This document shows positions 18,636-19,864 of a DNA stretch of 19,864 nucleotides, piece after piece. Numbering within the stretch: the stretch's first letter is position 1; each line of letters begins with the position of its first letter. The translations under genes and the position numbers were made by a program. The notes beneath the pieces are model-generated. The model did no database searches. It was not told the DNA's origin and saw only the letters and a program-made list of their open reading frames with translations. Source of the stretch: Octopus sinensis (taxonomy: Eukaryota); contig NW_021824118.1 in NCBI RefSeq assembly GCF_006345805.1, positions 1 to 19,864 on the forward strand, given 5' to 3'.

Positions 18636-19864
18636 GACGCTTTTTTATTTTTTTGTACGAATGATTTTTTTGGGGTCTTTTTTTATAAAAAGACAAGTTT
18701 CATCAATGTTAAAGATATTATTTTTTCCAATTCCATCACGATTACATGAGTTTTTTTCGCCGCTAAGGATTTTGAATTTGAGTTCATGTCTTTTTTTAAA
18801 ATTCATTGACCAACCATTCGATGCTTTAAAGCTTGTAATGTTCAATTTACCCGGAATTTTCAAACCTTAAAACAATGTGAAAAAAACTAAAATTACCTAT
18901 TTTTTTGATAAGAGGACCTGAAGGAATATTTTGGAGCCGTAATTGTTGAAAAACGTCGAGAACTTTACTATCCAATGTTTTAAAAATATCGTCAGTTTTT
19001 GTTTCAGTCCGAAAATTTGGAATAATGTTCCCACAGGTTATTTGCGGCGTAATCGTTTTTTTTATTCGAGCAATTGTGCCAATGATCGTTTCATATTTTT
19101 GAGCAAGTACTCTGTGTGAATGACTTTTTAATTGTCTAGCAATTTCAACCTTTTTCTCGTAACTGAGACCCATAATTATTATTATTATTATTTAAAGACC
19201 AATACGGGCAAGCCAGTTAATTATAGTTAATCCCGTGATCGCCGATCCAAACGAGGGAGATCCTTCTGAAAGGTTCAATCCTTCCCGCAAGATCGGCCTG
19301 AGACGACGATGTCCCAGGGTCTGAGAAGCTAAGAGTCTTTTTTCGGAAGGCATTAAGTGCCTCCTGAGCGTTGCCATATCCGAAGGAATTTCCAACTGAC
19401 ATGGTGGACCCCGTAACGCCACGCTAAGCCCGGAAGGTAAGAGATCCCCATTTCCAACTGTGTCGTGCCAGAAGTACTCGTTGCCTCACAGGCAGGGGAA
19501 CGATAACGAGAATTTGCCCCAGGATGAAAACTGTCCTCCTTCGGAATCGAACTCACGACCATCCAAATCCATTATCCATAGCTTAGTCTTCAGCCAAGGG
19601 GGCTAATGATTTAGCGTGGAGTTTTTTTTAATCCAAATTAATTAATTTTTTTAATGACTAGAAATAAACAATAATAATAAATTTTGTTTCAAATCGAGGT
19701 TTTCATTTAAAAGGAATTATTTATTCTAGGCAGAGATCCTACAAAGTGTTCCAAAAACTGAGGTTGTTCCAAAAACTGAGGTGTTCCAGCCCCGAGGTCT
19801 GTTCCAAATCGAGGTCGGACTGTACCTGCTTTTAAATCTTCTATCGCTTCATTTGTAAAGTCAG
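18636..19864. repeat. Near-identical duplication of 2568-3796 (partial Tigger, SINE, TIR and flank), running off the window
   Basis: Only three differences were noticed by eye: one extra G at ~18675, G>A at 19131, and one fewer T at ~19830. Offset is 16068-16069 bp. Confidence 0.97.
19174..19603 (-). mobile_element. Second copy of the tRNA-derived SINE (part of the duplication)
   Basis: Appears identical to 3105-3534 and has the same flanks. Confidence 0.75.

Overview
AT-rich eukaryotic DNA with very short spliceosomal introns (mostly 24-32 nt), suggesting a reduced parasite genome such as a myxozoan or dicyemid (inference only). Mobile elements dominate. There are three distinct CRE-clade-like RLE non-LTR retrotransposon pieces (<1-1762, ~5182-6607 with an N-terminal PHD finger, and a 113-bp 3' stub at 13456-13568 with a 7-bp TSD). 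There is an apparently full-length R4/Dong-like RLE element with poly(A) and a 14-bp TSD (8023-11533, minus). A pogo/Tigger DD29D transposon (1763-3753, minus) carries a 31-nt intron, a tRNA-headed (TAA)n-tailed SINE at its start codon, and a CRE-like insertion in its last codons. The window also holds an older Tigger relic, a hAT relic, and a near-identical 1.23-kb duplication (2568-3796 = 18636-19864). One host gene reconstructs as intact: an 11-exon, ~434-aa GON4L/YY1AP1-like gene (13799-15439). The most intriguing signals are CRE-like elements ending exactly at their TAA stop codon before a shared YTATTTTCG flank, a PHD-fused RLE retrotransposon, the SINE, and the intron-bearing transposase.
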